From Candidatus Hadarchaeota archaeon (GTDB taxonomy: Archaea; CAYQAE01; CAYVLA01), in NCBI GenBank assembly GCA_964621445.1, contig CAZUNO010000009.1, positions 1-64,000 of the forward strand: a stretch of 64,000 bases of DNA, given 5' to 3'. Position 1 is the first letter of the stretch. Each line of letters starts with the position of its first letter. Below the pieces are notes generated by a model. The model did not search any database and was not told where the DNA came from. It saw only the letters and a program-made list of their open reading frames with translations. The position numbers were made by a program, and so were the translations under genes. Of this stretch, positions 20,618 through 29,843 are shown in pieces.

Positions 20618-20654
20618 TAAATAAATACTGAGGTTAGTAACATAAGGTTACTAA
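20618..20654 (+). promoter_or_regulatory. TATA-like box plus Phr/HSR1-type heat-shock operator
   Basis: TAAATAAATA (20618-27) followed by the perfect inverted repeat TTAGTAAC-N5-GTTACTAA (20634-54), matching the TAAC-N5-GTTA heat-shock operators of Archaeoglobus HSR1 and Pyrococcus Phr. Confidence 0.8.
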
Positions 20655-20715
20655 GTTTGCCAAGGTAACTTGGTGATTAAAGACCTAACAAGAAGCGATC
20701 AGGAGGTGAAAAAGA

Positions 20716-21306
20716 ATGAGTTGGTGGCCAAGAAAACGTCGGGACCGATCAAAGGACCCATTCGATTGGCTGGAGGACGAATTCTTCCGTAGAACCCCCT
20801 TCTCGAGGGGTTACCTCAGCGACCTCGATGAAAATTTCAGACGTATGAGAGAGGAAATGGATGAGCTCATGCGAAAAGCCAGGGAAGGAGAACTGAAATC
20901 CCCCGAAGAAGGCGGCCCCTATGTCTACGGATGGTCAATGAGGATGGGCCCAGACGGAGAACCCCACGTAGAGGAATTTGGCAACACTCGTGGCATCGCA
21001 GCCAAGCCTAAGGCCGGGCTGCCATCGGGCAGGGAGCCTTTGGTGGACGTTGTTGAAAGCGGCGACCAGGTGAAGGTTACAGCAGAGATTCCAGGGGTAA
21101 GCAAAGAGGACGTCAACCTGGAAACCACCGAAAACAGCCTGGTCATTGACGTTGACACTGAGAAGAGAAGGTACTACAAGGAAATCGATCTTCACAGCAA
21201 CGTCGACGCAGAATCCGCAAAAGCCACGTACAACAATGGGGTACTGGAAGTCTGTCTGGATAAGATGGCCCCGAAGAAGAAGGGCAAGAAGATAAACATC
21301 GAGTAA
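20716..21306 (+). CDS. hsp20: Archaeal small heat-shock protein Hsp20
   Basis: GPYVYGWSMRMGPDGEP..EFGN, REPLVDV, AKATYNNGVLEV; SD AGGAGGTGA. Confidence 0.95.
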   Translation: MSWWPRKRRDRSKDPFDWLEDEFFRRTPFSRGYLSDLDENFRRMREEMDELMRKAREGELKSPEEGGPYVYGWSMRMGPDGEPHVEEFGNTRGIAAKPKAGLPSGREPLVDVVESGDQVKVTAEIPGVSKEDVNLETTENSLVIDVDTEKRRYYKEIDLHSNVDAESAKATYNNGVLEVCLDKMAPKKKGKKINIE

Positions 21307-21313
21307 ACTCAAG

Positions 21314-21348
21314 GCCCCCTCAGGGGGCTTTTTTTCTTTTTATTTTTT
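21314..21348 (+). terminator. Hairpin plus T-tract terminator after hsp20
   Basis: GCCCCC-TCA-GGGGGC followed by TTTTTTTCTTTTTATTTTTT. Confidence 0.7.
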
Positions 21349-21356
21349 GATCGGAG

Positions 21357-22010
21357 GTGATGGCGATGCAGGATCTGGACACCATATTGATGATACTACA
21401 GAATGCGACAAGGAGAAGGATATTGCGAAGACTAACCATAGAATCCCATTATCCTCTTCAACTGGCCAAGCAGCTCAAGCTCAGCACCCAGGCCATCAGC
21501 AAGCACCTCGAGCTCCTGGAAAAGCATGGGCTGGTGGAGTGTCAACGCATTCACAGCAACCGCGGACCAAAGCGTAAGTGCTATTATGCGGTGACCGGGT
21601 TCTCCTTGCGGCTGGGCGTAGGACCCAACCTATTTGACGCCAAGGTATCCGACCTTTTGGAGCCCGGGGAAAAGATGGATACGTCCAGAGAGGAGCTGGA
21701 GACCGAGGGATCGAGAACGAGTCTCCTGGATATCAAGTCCAGCTTAAAAACACTCAATAAACAGATCTCCAGCATGGACGAGGAGATGTCACAGCTCCTG
21801 AAGGAAAAGGAGGAACATATGGCCAGAGCCAATCAGCTTATCAAGGATCTCTTTGACCGTTACGAGGAAAGAGAGATTCTACATTACATCCTCGCTCACG
21901 AGGACTATTCCCTCCCGGAGATGTCCAGGAGTTTGGGCCTCAGGGAGGAGGAAATTCGGATCGTACTGAATAGATTAACCAAGATGAATCTGTTAGAAGA
22001 GGAGGAATAG
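21357..22010 (+). CDS. ArsR-type heat-shock regulator (Phr/HSR1-like)
   Basis: [34 protein letters not shown] wHTH; coiled coil; lies between hsp20 and cdc48. Confidence 0.85.
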   Translation: MMAMQDLDTILMILQNATRRRILRRLTIESHYPLQLAKQLKLSTQAISKHLELLEKHGLVECQRIHSNRGPKRKCYYAVTGFSLRLGVGPNLFDAKVSDLLEPGEKMDTSREELETEGSRTSLLDIKSSLKTLNKQISSMDEEMSQLLKEKEEHMARANQLIKDLFDRYEEREILHYILAHEDYSLPEMSRSLGLREEEIRIVLNRLTKMNLLEEEE

Positions 22011-22015
22011 AGAGA

Positions 22016-24259
22016 ATGTCGAACGGAAACGATTCAGCAGTTTTGCGAGTGGCCGACGCTCGACCAAAGGACGTCGGCAGAGGTATTGCTAGAATGGACC
22101 CCCAGGTAGTGGACAGGCTAGGTCTCAAGTCCGGAGACGTCATATCCATCGAGGGGAACAAGTCAACGGTAGCCATTTCCTGGCCCGGGTACATGGATGA
22201 CATAGGAACGGGGGTAATAAGAATAGATGGAAACATCCGGCGAAACGCCGGGGCCAACATTGACGAGAAGGTCACCGTCCGCCATATCGACTCCCCCAAG
22301 CGGGCACAGAAGGTTACCTTTGCCCCAACCGAACCCCTTCACATCGGAGGCGGGGTTGGCAGGTACCTGGCCCAGATGCTGGAGGGTCGGGTGGTAACCC
22401 GAGGAGATCTGGTACAGCTGAACATAATGGGAAACAAGATCGACCTGGTGGTTACCGCCGTCCAGCCCAGGGCCAATGCTGTTATGCTAACCGAGAAAAC
22501 GCAGATCCAGCTGAGCGACAAGCCCGCCAGCCAGGCGCAGGTCGAGGTTCCCAGGGTAAGCTACGAGGATATCGGAGGCCTGTCAGAGGAGATTCAAAAG
22601 GTACGTGAGATGATCGAGCTTCCCCTACGACACCCGGAGCTATTCGAGAAATTGGGGGTTGAAGCCCCCACTGGCGTACTTCTTCACGGGCCACCAGGAA
22701 CCGGAAAGACCCTGCTTGCCAAGGCCGTGGCCGGGGAGACCAGCTCTAACTTCTATAGCCTGAGCGGTCCGGAGATAATGAGCAAGTACTACGGCCAAAG
22801 CGAGGAAAACCTGCGTGAGATGTTCAAGGAAGCCCAGGAAAACGCGCCCTCCATCATCTTCATAGATGAGCTTGATTCAATCGCTCCCAAGAGGGAAGAG
22901 GTTAGCGGCGAGGTCGAGCGAAGGGTGGTGGCCCAGCTCCTGGCCCTCATGGATGGACTGGAGAGCAGGGGCAAAGTTGTGGTAATTGGAGCCACCAATA
23001 GACCCAACGCCCTGGACCCGGCACTCCGTCGCCCCGGAAGATTTGACCGGGAAATAGAGATAGGCATACCGGACGTCGATGCCCGCCAGGAGATACTGAT
23101 GATCCACACCAGGGGAATGCCCCTCCAGGAAGTGGACCTGGAAGAGGTAGCCAACGTTACCCACGGATTTACCGGTGCTGACCTGGCGGCACTGACCAAG
23201 GAGGCCGCCATGCGGGCCATACGTAAGGTACTGCCCAACATAGATCTGGAGGCGGAGAGCATCCCCGCCGAGGTTCTGAACGACCTCAAGGTCAGCAGAG
23301 ATGACGTGTTCACGGCCATGAGAGAGATCGAGCCCTCTGCCCTCAGAGAGGTCATGATCCAGACTCCAAACGTCCACTGGACCGACATCGGTGGCCTAGA
23401 GGAAGCCAAGCAGGAGCTCCGGGAGTCCGTCGAGTGGCCACTCAGATACGGTGACCTCTTCAAGCACATGAAGGCCGAACCACCGAAGGGTGTTCTTCTC
23501 TACGGCCCACCGGGCACCGGTAAGACCCTTTTGGCCAAGGCGGTGGCAACGGAAAGCGAGTCAAACTTCATAAGCGTGAAAGGACCGGAATTCCTTTCCA
23601 AGTGGGTTGGAGAGAGCGAGAAGGCCGTTAGGGAGACCTTCAGAAAGGCCAAGATGGCCGCGCCCTGCATCATCTTCTTCGATGAGATAGACTCGATCAT
23701 CCCCACCAGGGGTGGCATAATGGGCGACTCCCACGTCACTGAGAGGGTTATCAGCCAGTTCCTTACCGAGATAGATGGGCTTGAGGACCTGAATGACGTA
23801 ACGGTTATAGCGGCCACAAACCGGCCTGACATAATCGATCCCGCCCTGCTCCGACCGGGACGTTTCGACCGAAGGATTTTCATACCAGTTCCTGATAGCG
23901 AGGCGCGGAAGGAGATCTTCCAGATCCATACTCGGGACAAGCCCCTGGCTCCCGACGTCGATCTCGATCGACTTGCGGAGCAGGCCGAGAACTACACGGG
24001 GGCGGACATAGCCGCGATCTGCAATGAAGCGGTGATGCTGGCAATCAGAGGTTATGTCCAGTCCGGGGCAAAGATGGAGGAGGAGGAACTCTCCAAGGCC
24101 AAGGTGACTATGGAGCATTTCGAGAAGTCCCTATCCAAGGTTGAGCCGCTCACGCCCGAGGATCTGGAATCCTTCCAGAAGGCCCTGTCCAGATTCCGGA
24201 GAGGAAAGGCAGAGGAGGAGGAAGGCACAGAGGAAAGGACTACCGAGCCATATGTGTAA
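22016..24259 (+). CDS. cdc48: CDC48/VCP (VAT) AAA+ ATPase
   Basis: N-domain DVGRGIAR; two AAA modules (GPPGTGKT twice, DELD/DEID, RPGRFDR twice); penultimate Tyr at the C-terminus. Confidence 0.97.
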   Translation: MSNGNDSAVLRVADARPKDVGRGIARMDPQVVDRLGLKSGDVISIEGNKSTVAISWPGYMDDIGTGVIRIDGNIRRNAGANIDEKVTVRHIDSPKRAQKVTFAPTEPLHIGGGVGRYLAQMLEGRVVTRGDLVQLNIMGNKIDLVVTAVQPRANAVMLTEKTQIQLSDKPASQAQVEVPRVSYEDIGGLSEEIQKVREMIELPLRHPELFEKLGVEAPTGVLLHGPPGTGKTLLAKAVAGETSSNFYSLSGPEIMSKYYGQSEENLREMFKEAQENAPSIIFIDELDSIAPKREEVSGEVERRVVAQLLALMDGLESRGKVVVIGATNRPNALDPALRRPGRFDREIEIGIPDVDARQEILMIHTRGMPLQEVDLEEVANVTHGFTGADLAALTKEAAMRAIRKVLPNIDLEAESIPAEVLNDLKVSRDDVFTAMREIEPSALREVMIQTPNVHWTDIGGLEEAKQELRESVEWPLRYGDLFKHMKAEPPKGVLLYGPPGTGKTLLAKAVATESESNFISVKGPEFLSKWVGESEKAVRETFRKAKMAAPCIIFFDEIDSIIPTRGGIMGDSHVTERVISQFLTEIDGLEDLNDVTVIAATNRPDIIDPALLRPGRFDRRIFIPVPDSEARKEIFQIHTRDKPLAPDVDLDRLAEQAENYTGADIAAICNEAVMLAIRGYVQSGAKMEEEELSKAKVTMEHFEKSLSKVEPLTPEDLESFQKALSRFRRGKAEEEEGTEERTTEPYV

Positions 24260-24304
24260 AACCGATAGAGGCAGAGCAATAGATGGATTCCCCGAGGAGA
24301 TGAC

Positions 24305-24802
24305 GTGGCTGGTGAACATGAGCAAGGTGTCCTCGTAGTACTTACTGGACTTCCGGCTAGTGGAAAGACTACGGTGGCAAGGAAACTGGAGGAGGAAAGG
24401 GAGGACCTTGAGATAATCTCTTCCGATAGCATTCGAAGGAAGGGTAAACCCAGCCAACTATGGGAAAGAATGCTAGATATGGTCGAGGAAGAGCTGGGTA
24501 GGGATAGAGTGGTTATGGTGGACGCCACCAACTACACGGAGGGACACAGGGAGAGATTCATCTCCGCTGCCCGCGAGGGCGACTGCCCCTTCTTAGTGGT
24601 TTTCTTCAAGGCCAAGCTCGACTCCCTGCTATCCAGGAACCTTCTCAGGGACGAGAAGATACCCTCGGATGCCATCCGCCGTTTAACCAAGCTCTTCGAG
24701 GAGCCTGAGGGGGAAAATGTCCTAATCGTGGATACCGAGGAGATGGACCCCCAGGAGGCATCTCGAATCCTTGATAAGCGCATTCGGGAATTGCGGTCGT
24801 GA
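24305..24802 (+). CDS. Small P-loop kinase (AAA_33; PSTK/Kti12-like N-domain)
   Basis: LTGLPASGKTT, SSDSIR, VDATN, RN..R lid. Confidence 0.8.
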   Translation: MAGEHEQGVLVVLTGLPASGKTTVARKLEEEREDLEIISSDSIRRKGKPSQLWERMLDMVEEELGRDRVVMVDATNYTEGHRERFISAAREGDCPFLVVFFKAKLDSLLSRNLLRDEKIPSDAIRRLTKLFEEPEGENVLIVDTEEMDPQEASRILDKRIRELRS

Positions 24803-26037
24803 GAAACTTGAAATGGGAATTTCCTTCATGGTTCTCAAGGGCCATCCCGGTGTTGACCCTTTGCCTGGTGCTCCCATCCCTAGTTTCCCCGGTTCTAGCC
24901 GTGGGGGAGGGGACCAGGGTCAGCGTGATCTACGCTGGAGACCCCTTCCCCGGAATCACCCCCTATGTGCACATGAAGGTCGAGCCCTTTCTCCGAGTCA
25001 CCCCCATTCAGGCATCCAGGGACCACTATGCGGGCATAAGTTCGGAGGATATTAGGAGGGCCATTAGGATCTACATGCCAAGGCGGTATGAGGATCTGGT
25101 GGCAGATTATGAGGTGGTTATTCTTAGCGACGCCAACGTAAATAGCTTCACCAATAAGCATCTTCTCTGGTTCCGGGAATCCGTTAAGGAGGAAGGAATG
25201 GGATTATCGATGATGGGCGGACATGAAAGCTTCGGTGGGTCAACCGGCCACCCGGACTGGGGAAAGACGCCTGTTGGTGATGCCCTGCCCGTGGATACCC
25301 AGCCCGATCAGTACATGGATGGAAAGGTAACCATATTGAAGGAGGATAATCCATTTATCTCCAGCCTCCCGTGGCGCCCCGACCTCCCATTTCTCCAGGA
25401 ATACGCCTCAAACATAGTGAATCGTAGGCCATCAACCCAGGTGCTGGCCATAGACACAATTGACAATACTGGTTATGATAATCCCTTCTTCTCCACCTGG
25501 AAATATGGCCAGGGAAGGACATTTGCCATGACCGGAGACTGGACCCCCGGAGGCGGCATTCAATTCCTGAGGTGGGACTACGTACCCGACTTCGCAACCA
25601 ATCTCATGCTTTACTGCTCCCAGAGGCCCATACCCCAGGATATAGAGCTTGTCCATAACGTGAGGTTCGGCCTGGAACAGCTGGCCTACCAGCGTGCCCT
25701 GATGGACTCCCTTATCGATTTTGTGGAGAGATTTGGGGCAAAACCTGATAGGATACTGGAGAGGCTGACCGACTTCGACACGAAAAGACAGGAGGTCATA
25801 GATCTGTACCTGGAACAGGAGTTTGAGGAGGTCAGATCACTTATGGACGAGGCCTCGGGACTCCTGGAGGAGGCAAACAAGGTGGCAGAGAGGGTGAAAA
25901 GCGAGGCCCTTTTCTGGGTCTATGTCTCCGAATGGCTCGCAGTAACCGCTACTTTTCTCATATCGGGGCTCTTGGTTTGGTCCCTGATGATTAGGAGGAG
26001 TCTATATCGAGAGGTATCGACAACTAGGTATGACTAG
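24799..26037 (+). CDS. Secreted, membrane-anchored protein with glutamine-amidotransferase-like domain (paralog of 60375..61619)
   Basis: Signal peptide; YEVVILSDA, GLSMMGGHESFGG, WGKTPVGDALPV, WKYGQGRT; helical region; C-terminal TM. Confidence 0.75.
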   Translation: MRNLKWEFPSWFSRAIPVLTLCLVLPSLVSPVLAVGEGTRVSVIYAGDPFPGITPYVHMKVEPFLRVTPIQASRDHYAGISSEDIRRAIRIYMPRRYEDLVADYEVVILSDANVNSFTNKHLLWFRESVKEEGMGLSMMGGHESFGGSTGHPDWGKTPVGDALPVDTQPDQYMDGKVTILKEDNPFISSLPWRPDLPFLQEYASNIVNRRPSTQVLAIDTIDNTGYDNPFFSTWKYGQGRTFAMTGDWTPGGGIQFLRWDYVPDFATNLMLYCSQRPIPQDIELVHNVRFGLEQLAYQRALMDSLIDFVERFGAKPDRILERLTDFDTKRQEVIDLYLEQEFEEVRSLMDEASGLLEEANKVAERVKSEALFWVYVSEWLAVTATFLISGLLVWSLMIRRSLYREVSTTRYD

Positions 26038-27272
26038 TTTGTTTCCTCTTCATCCATTTCCTTAAGCTCTTTCTTAATCAGCTTTCTGGCAAGATGCCGG
26101 TCATTCCAGTTTATGAATATGGTTATCTCGGCCTTACTGGTCGAGACCTCTATCACATTCACATCATTTTTCCCCAGAGGGAGGAGGGCCTCGGAGACCA
26201 TACCCGGGGTGTATATAAGCTTTCTCCCGGTAATGGTTATCATGGCACATCTCTTGCTCTTGGTCACCGCCCTGGCTGGGCCGTCGGATCGGGCCAATCT
26301 ATGAAGTGCATTTACCGCATCCTCCGCACGATCATAATCGACGAAAAAGGTGATCGACCATCTACCTGTGCTCACGCTCAGGATATTGATCCCCTGGTTC
26401 GAAATGGCCTCCGAGAACTCCGCGAGCAACCCTGATACGTTGCTCATCTTGTCCCCAACTATGGTGATCGCGCTCACCGGCTTGTCATTCACTACGATCT
26501 CCAGCTTAGAATCGGCCGAGCCCATTATCTCAGTTCCTCCTGAATCCAATTCCTTACGGTGGTAATCAACTATGCGTGCTTTCTGATTCTCGATCTTGAA
26601 GTTCAGTGCCTTGAAATTCATGACCTGGGCTCCGCCCAGGCTGAGATCCCAAAGCTCCTCTATATATATTGACCTTAGCAGCTTCGCGTCCCTAACTATG
26701 CGCGGGTCAGCGGACATAACGCCCTTTACGTCGGTAACGATGATGACCTCGTCTGCCTCCAGGCAGTAGCCCAGGAGGAATGCCGTCTGATCACTGGCCC
26801 CCCTCCCCATGGTGGTTACCCTTCCTTGGGGGCCTCTTCCCAGAAACCCGCATATAACCGGCACCTTACCCTTCTCCAGCAGGGGCATTAGGTATTTCTT
26901 ACAGCGTCTTTTAGTTTCCCTCAAATTCACATCCGCATCCTGGAAACGGTCATTGGTGACGATCGGCCAACTCTCCATCGAGGGATCCAAGAATTTTGCG
27001 TCAACGCCCGCTGCATCCAAAAGGCCCCAGAGCAGACGCACGCTCATACGTTCCCCCAGGGATAGAATCTCATCTACAGCCCGGTCCGATAGATCAACTT
27101 TAAGGGACCTTATGAGTTCCAGGGACCTATCGGTGGAACTCCCCATCGCGGAAACCACCACGATCGGGGTATGCCCCTTCTTTATTAACCTCTGGATGCC
27201 TCGGCGGGCTCTTTTCAGCCTGGCCGGCGTACCTATGCTCGTGCCGCCGAACTTGACTACCTTTACTGCCAT
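26034..27272 (-). CDS. lysC: Aspartate kinase
   Basis: VVKFGGTS, VVVSAMG, TTMGRGASD, TDVKGVMSADPR; two ACT domains. Confidence 0.93.
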   Translation of the reverse strand: MAVKVVKFGGTSIGTPARLKRARRGIQRLIKKGHTPIVVVSAMGSSTDRSLELIRSLKVDLSDRAVDEILSLGERMSVRLLWGLLDAAGVDAKFLDPSMESWPIVTNDRFQDADVNLRETKRRCKKYLMPLLEKGKVPVICGFLGRGPQGRVTTMGRGASDQTAFLLGYCLEADEVIIVTDVKGVMSADPRIVRDAKLLRSIYIEELWDLSLGGAQVMNFKALNFKIENQKARIVDYHRKELDSGGTEIMGSADSKLEIVVNDKPVSAITIVGDKMSNVSGLLAEFSEAISNQGINILSVSTGRWSITFFVDYDRAEDAVNALHRLARSDGPARAVTKSKRCAMITITGRKLIYTPGMVSEALLPLGKNDVNVIEVSTSKAEITIFINWNDRHLARKLIKKELKEMDEEETN

Positions 27273-27310
27273 TGATCTCCCCGCCGGTTCAAGCAATCAG
27301 TGTTAAATGT

Positions 27311-27970
27311 TCACTCAGGGAACTTAAATCCAGGCCCGTCCATCTGGTTAAGCTCTCCAATATTCATTCTCAGCGGCCCCATCATCTCCCCCAGGTATGA
27401 GTTCTCAAGACAACCACCAACCAAGGGGCGTAGAAATCTTATATCCCGGATCAGCTTGAATACCTTGCTCCTCGCCGATTTCGAGTCGGCAAAAACAGGG
27501 ACATCAAAGGTTAATCTCTTTCTCAGATCCATCAATTTGGAAATCGGCATGCCCTGAAAACACGAGACGACATCCACGTCCTGGGGGAGAATGTTTTTCA
27601 GCTGCAAGGAAGCCGAACCCTCCCTGGGCCTGATGTATCCAGTTTCCCCATCAACGGATGCCTTGGGACTAAGCGGCGAAATGATTATCTGCTTACTGAA
27701 CGCGGCCCTCAAATCCTCCACGGATCCAATCGCCGCCTCGTAGGGGGAACAGATAACCACCACATCCGAGCCCTCTATGGCCCCGTAATTCTCATCTGGA
27801 TCCACATCGGCCTTCATGTTCAGATCCGCTAGGGATGATCTTACCCTATCACAGGCTTCCTTGGCCCTATCATAGCTACGATCCCCCAGTATCACCTCGT
27901 GGTTATCCCCCCACCTCAGGGCCAGCCCGATACCCAGTGATTCCGTCCCGTCCATCATCGCTATCTTCAG
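27311..27970 (-). CDS. npdG: NADPH-dependent F420 reductase-like protein (degenerate dinucleotide-binding loop)
   Basis: KIAMMDGTESLGIGLALRW, VILGDR, EGSAS, DVVSCFQ, DVPVFAD, LRPLVGG. Start is CTG 27970 or ATG 27958. Confidence 0.7.
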   Translation of the reverse strand: MKIAMMDGTESLGIGLALRWGDNHEVILGDRSYDRAKEACDRVRSSLADLNMKADVDPDENYGAIEGSDVVVICSPYEAAIGSVEDLRAAFSKQIIISPLSPKASVDGETGYIRPREGSASLQLKNILPQDVDVVSCFQGMPISKLMDLRKRLTFDVPVFADSKSARSKVFKLIRDIRFLRPLVGGCLENSYLGEMMGPLRMNIGELNQMDGPGFKFPE

Positions 27971-28009
27971 ATCAGATCCCCCTGCTCAACATCCAAGGCA
28001 TTAGCGCCC

Positions 28010-28507
28010 TCAGGGAAGGTATTTCTGCAGAAAACGTATTCCTCTTCCCGTAACCCGGTACTTCACTCCCCTTCCCCTTTTCCCTACCTCTCGTATAAGC
28101 CCGTTTAGAGATAGGATATCGATCAGCCTATTCAGCCCGGATTCCCGGAAGCTCTGGCCCACACCGGCCTCTCGTATTAGGGTGTTCTTGGTGAACTCAG
28201 TTCCCCGAGACCCATGGTCTCTAACCGCCTGAATCAGGCTGAATAACTTGTATTTGGAGAACAAGCCGATTATGCCTTTAAGGGCTCTCCTTTCCTCCGG
28301 CGATTCCAGACGGGAATCTATGTCATCCAAACGCCCCTCGACTTCGGAAAGCCTGTTTCCCATCCCAACCTCCAGATATTTGGCTACTTCCGAGGAAAAG
28401 AATGAGAGGATGGCCCTATTCTCCTCCGAAAGGACCTCACCCGGGTCCGACGGAGACCCCAAGACCAATTCCTGCTTCCTTGCTTTCGGCTTTTTTTCCT
28501 TATCCAA
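28010..28507 (-). CDS. Hypothetical protein with C-terminal winged-helix-like segment
   Basis: LIDILSLNGLIREV...KYRVTGRGIRFL wing motif; TTG start. Confidence 0.6.
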   Translation of the reverse strand: MDKEKKPKARKQELVLGSPSDPGEVLSEENRAILSFFSSEVAKYLEVGMGNRLSEVEGRLDDIDSRLESPEERRALKGIIGLFSKYKLFSLIQAVRDHGSRGTEFTKNTLIREAGVGQSFRESGLNRLIDILSLNGLIREVGKRGRGVKYRVTGRGIRFLQKYLP

Positions 28508-28562
28508 TATCTTTACCTATGGGCATAGTTTTAAGCTGGAAATTAAACTCTTTTCAATAACG

Positions 28563-29771
28563 ATGAGCGAAGAATGTGAAAAGGACGAAAAGGAAGATAT
28601 CCTCAAAAGCGAGGACGGAAGGGTGGTCATCGAAGATGACTCGGGGTCCCTGTTAAGGGACAAGCACTTCGGTGACGAGCACGGAGAACTCACGCCTATA
28701 GAGGTCCTTTACCTGCTGGAAAGAAGGGGATTCAAACTACTGAGATCGGGAAAGGAGGTAGAATTTAAGGATTTTCTGCTTGAAAACGCACGAAAGGACC
28801 CCAGAATACTGGTCAAATATGTGGTCTATCGTGATTGGAGGGACAGGGGGGTTTTCCCCTTTGAGATGAATGCCATTCCCCAGAACTTTAAACCCGGAAC
28901 CCATAAATCCAAGGATTACCCCACCAAGAGCAGCCGTCTCCCCTCCGTACAGGACATGACCATGTATTTCTTCCCTGAGACCGAGATGTCCATCATCTTC
29001 GACAGGGAGATAGCCGAGGAATTGTACTACCAGGCCTGGTTCGGCCAGCTCGGCAAGTATAAGCAGGAGAAAGCAGGGGATAACCTTTCCCTTGACCTAA
29101 TTGAGACGCTGTACCTCTTTGATCAGGATAGCATGGATATTCGTCTGGTCGACAGCTCATCCGGAGATGAAATGAATTACTCGGACCTCGCCCAGTTCGC
29201 CCTCCAGAGACATGACGAGATAGAGGACCTTCTGGATGTCTATTCGGACTGGAGGGATTCCGGATACATAGTAAAAACCGGATTTAAGTTCGGGGCCCAT
29301 TTCCGGATTTATTTCCCAGATGCGGGCACCGACAAGGAAAACTGGGTTCATTCCAAACACGTGCTCCACGTCTTCCCAAAATCGTATAGAATGCTGATGA
29401 GCGAGTGGGGCCGGATAATCCGGTTAAGCCAAAGCGTCCGCAAGACCTTCATTCTGGGGGTGCCCCGGGTTTCCGAGGACGACTACGAGGACCAGGAAAG
29501 GGCTGACCTCTTGCTATACCACAGGACAAAGAACGGAGTCGAGGACCCGAAAAGCGACTCTCCAACCTTTCTATGTCTTACGATCCCCGAGACCCTCAGG
29601 ATGAGCGGCCTGGAACTGGCCAATGCCCTTCGGGAGGCGGAGAGCATGGGGTTGCAGCTCCTCATTGCCGTCGTCGATCGTGAGACGGACATTAATTACT
29701 ATGTGGCAAGGAAGATCGGCCTCAAGGGAGCCAGGAATGGATACTACGAGATATACTGGTACAGGCCTTAG
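28563..29771 (+). CDS. endA: tRNA-intron endonuclease, three-unit epsilon2 type
   Basis: 402 aa; duplicated E.LYL and Y.DWR..G units; WFGQLGKYK loop; KTGFKFGAHFRIY, HSKHVLHVFP, SVRKTF; YYEIYWYRP C-terminus. Confidence 0.9.
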   Translation: MSEECEKDEKEDILKSEDGRVVIEDDSGSLLRDKHFGDEHGELTPIEVLYLLERRGFKLLRSGKEVEFKDFLLENARKDPRILVKYVVYRDWRDRGVFPFEMNAIPQNFKPGTHKSKDYPTKSSRLPSVQDMTMYFFPETEMSIIFDREIAEELYYQAWFGQLGKYKQEKAGDNLSLDLIETLYLFDQDSMDIRLVDSSSGDEMNYSDLAQFALQRHDEIEDLLDVYSDWRDSGYIVKTGFKFGAHFRIYFPDAGTDKENWVHSKHVLHVFPKSYRMLMSEWGRIIRLSQSVRKTFILGVPRVSEDDYEDQERADLLLYHRTKNGVEDPKSDSPTFLCLTIPETLRMSGLELANALREAESMGLQLLIAVVDRETDINYYVARKIGLKGARNGYYEIYWYRP

Positions 29772-29843
29772 GGCGAGAAACAGATATCAAAGGACCTTCC
29801 AACGGCTAAGAAACCCGATTTTGGGATTGGGTTAGGTTTTACC

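Noticed and set aside
24305-24802. PSTK as evidence for selenocysteine decoding
   Set aside because: The protein is too short to include the PSTK C-terminal tRNA-binding domain, and no in-frame TGA genes, SECIS or sel genes were seen.
28248-28562. 105-aa N-terminal extension of EndA in the ORF track
   Set aside because: It overlaps the opposite-strand gene and an AT-rich divergent promoter; homology starts after the ATG at 28563.
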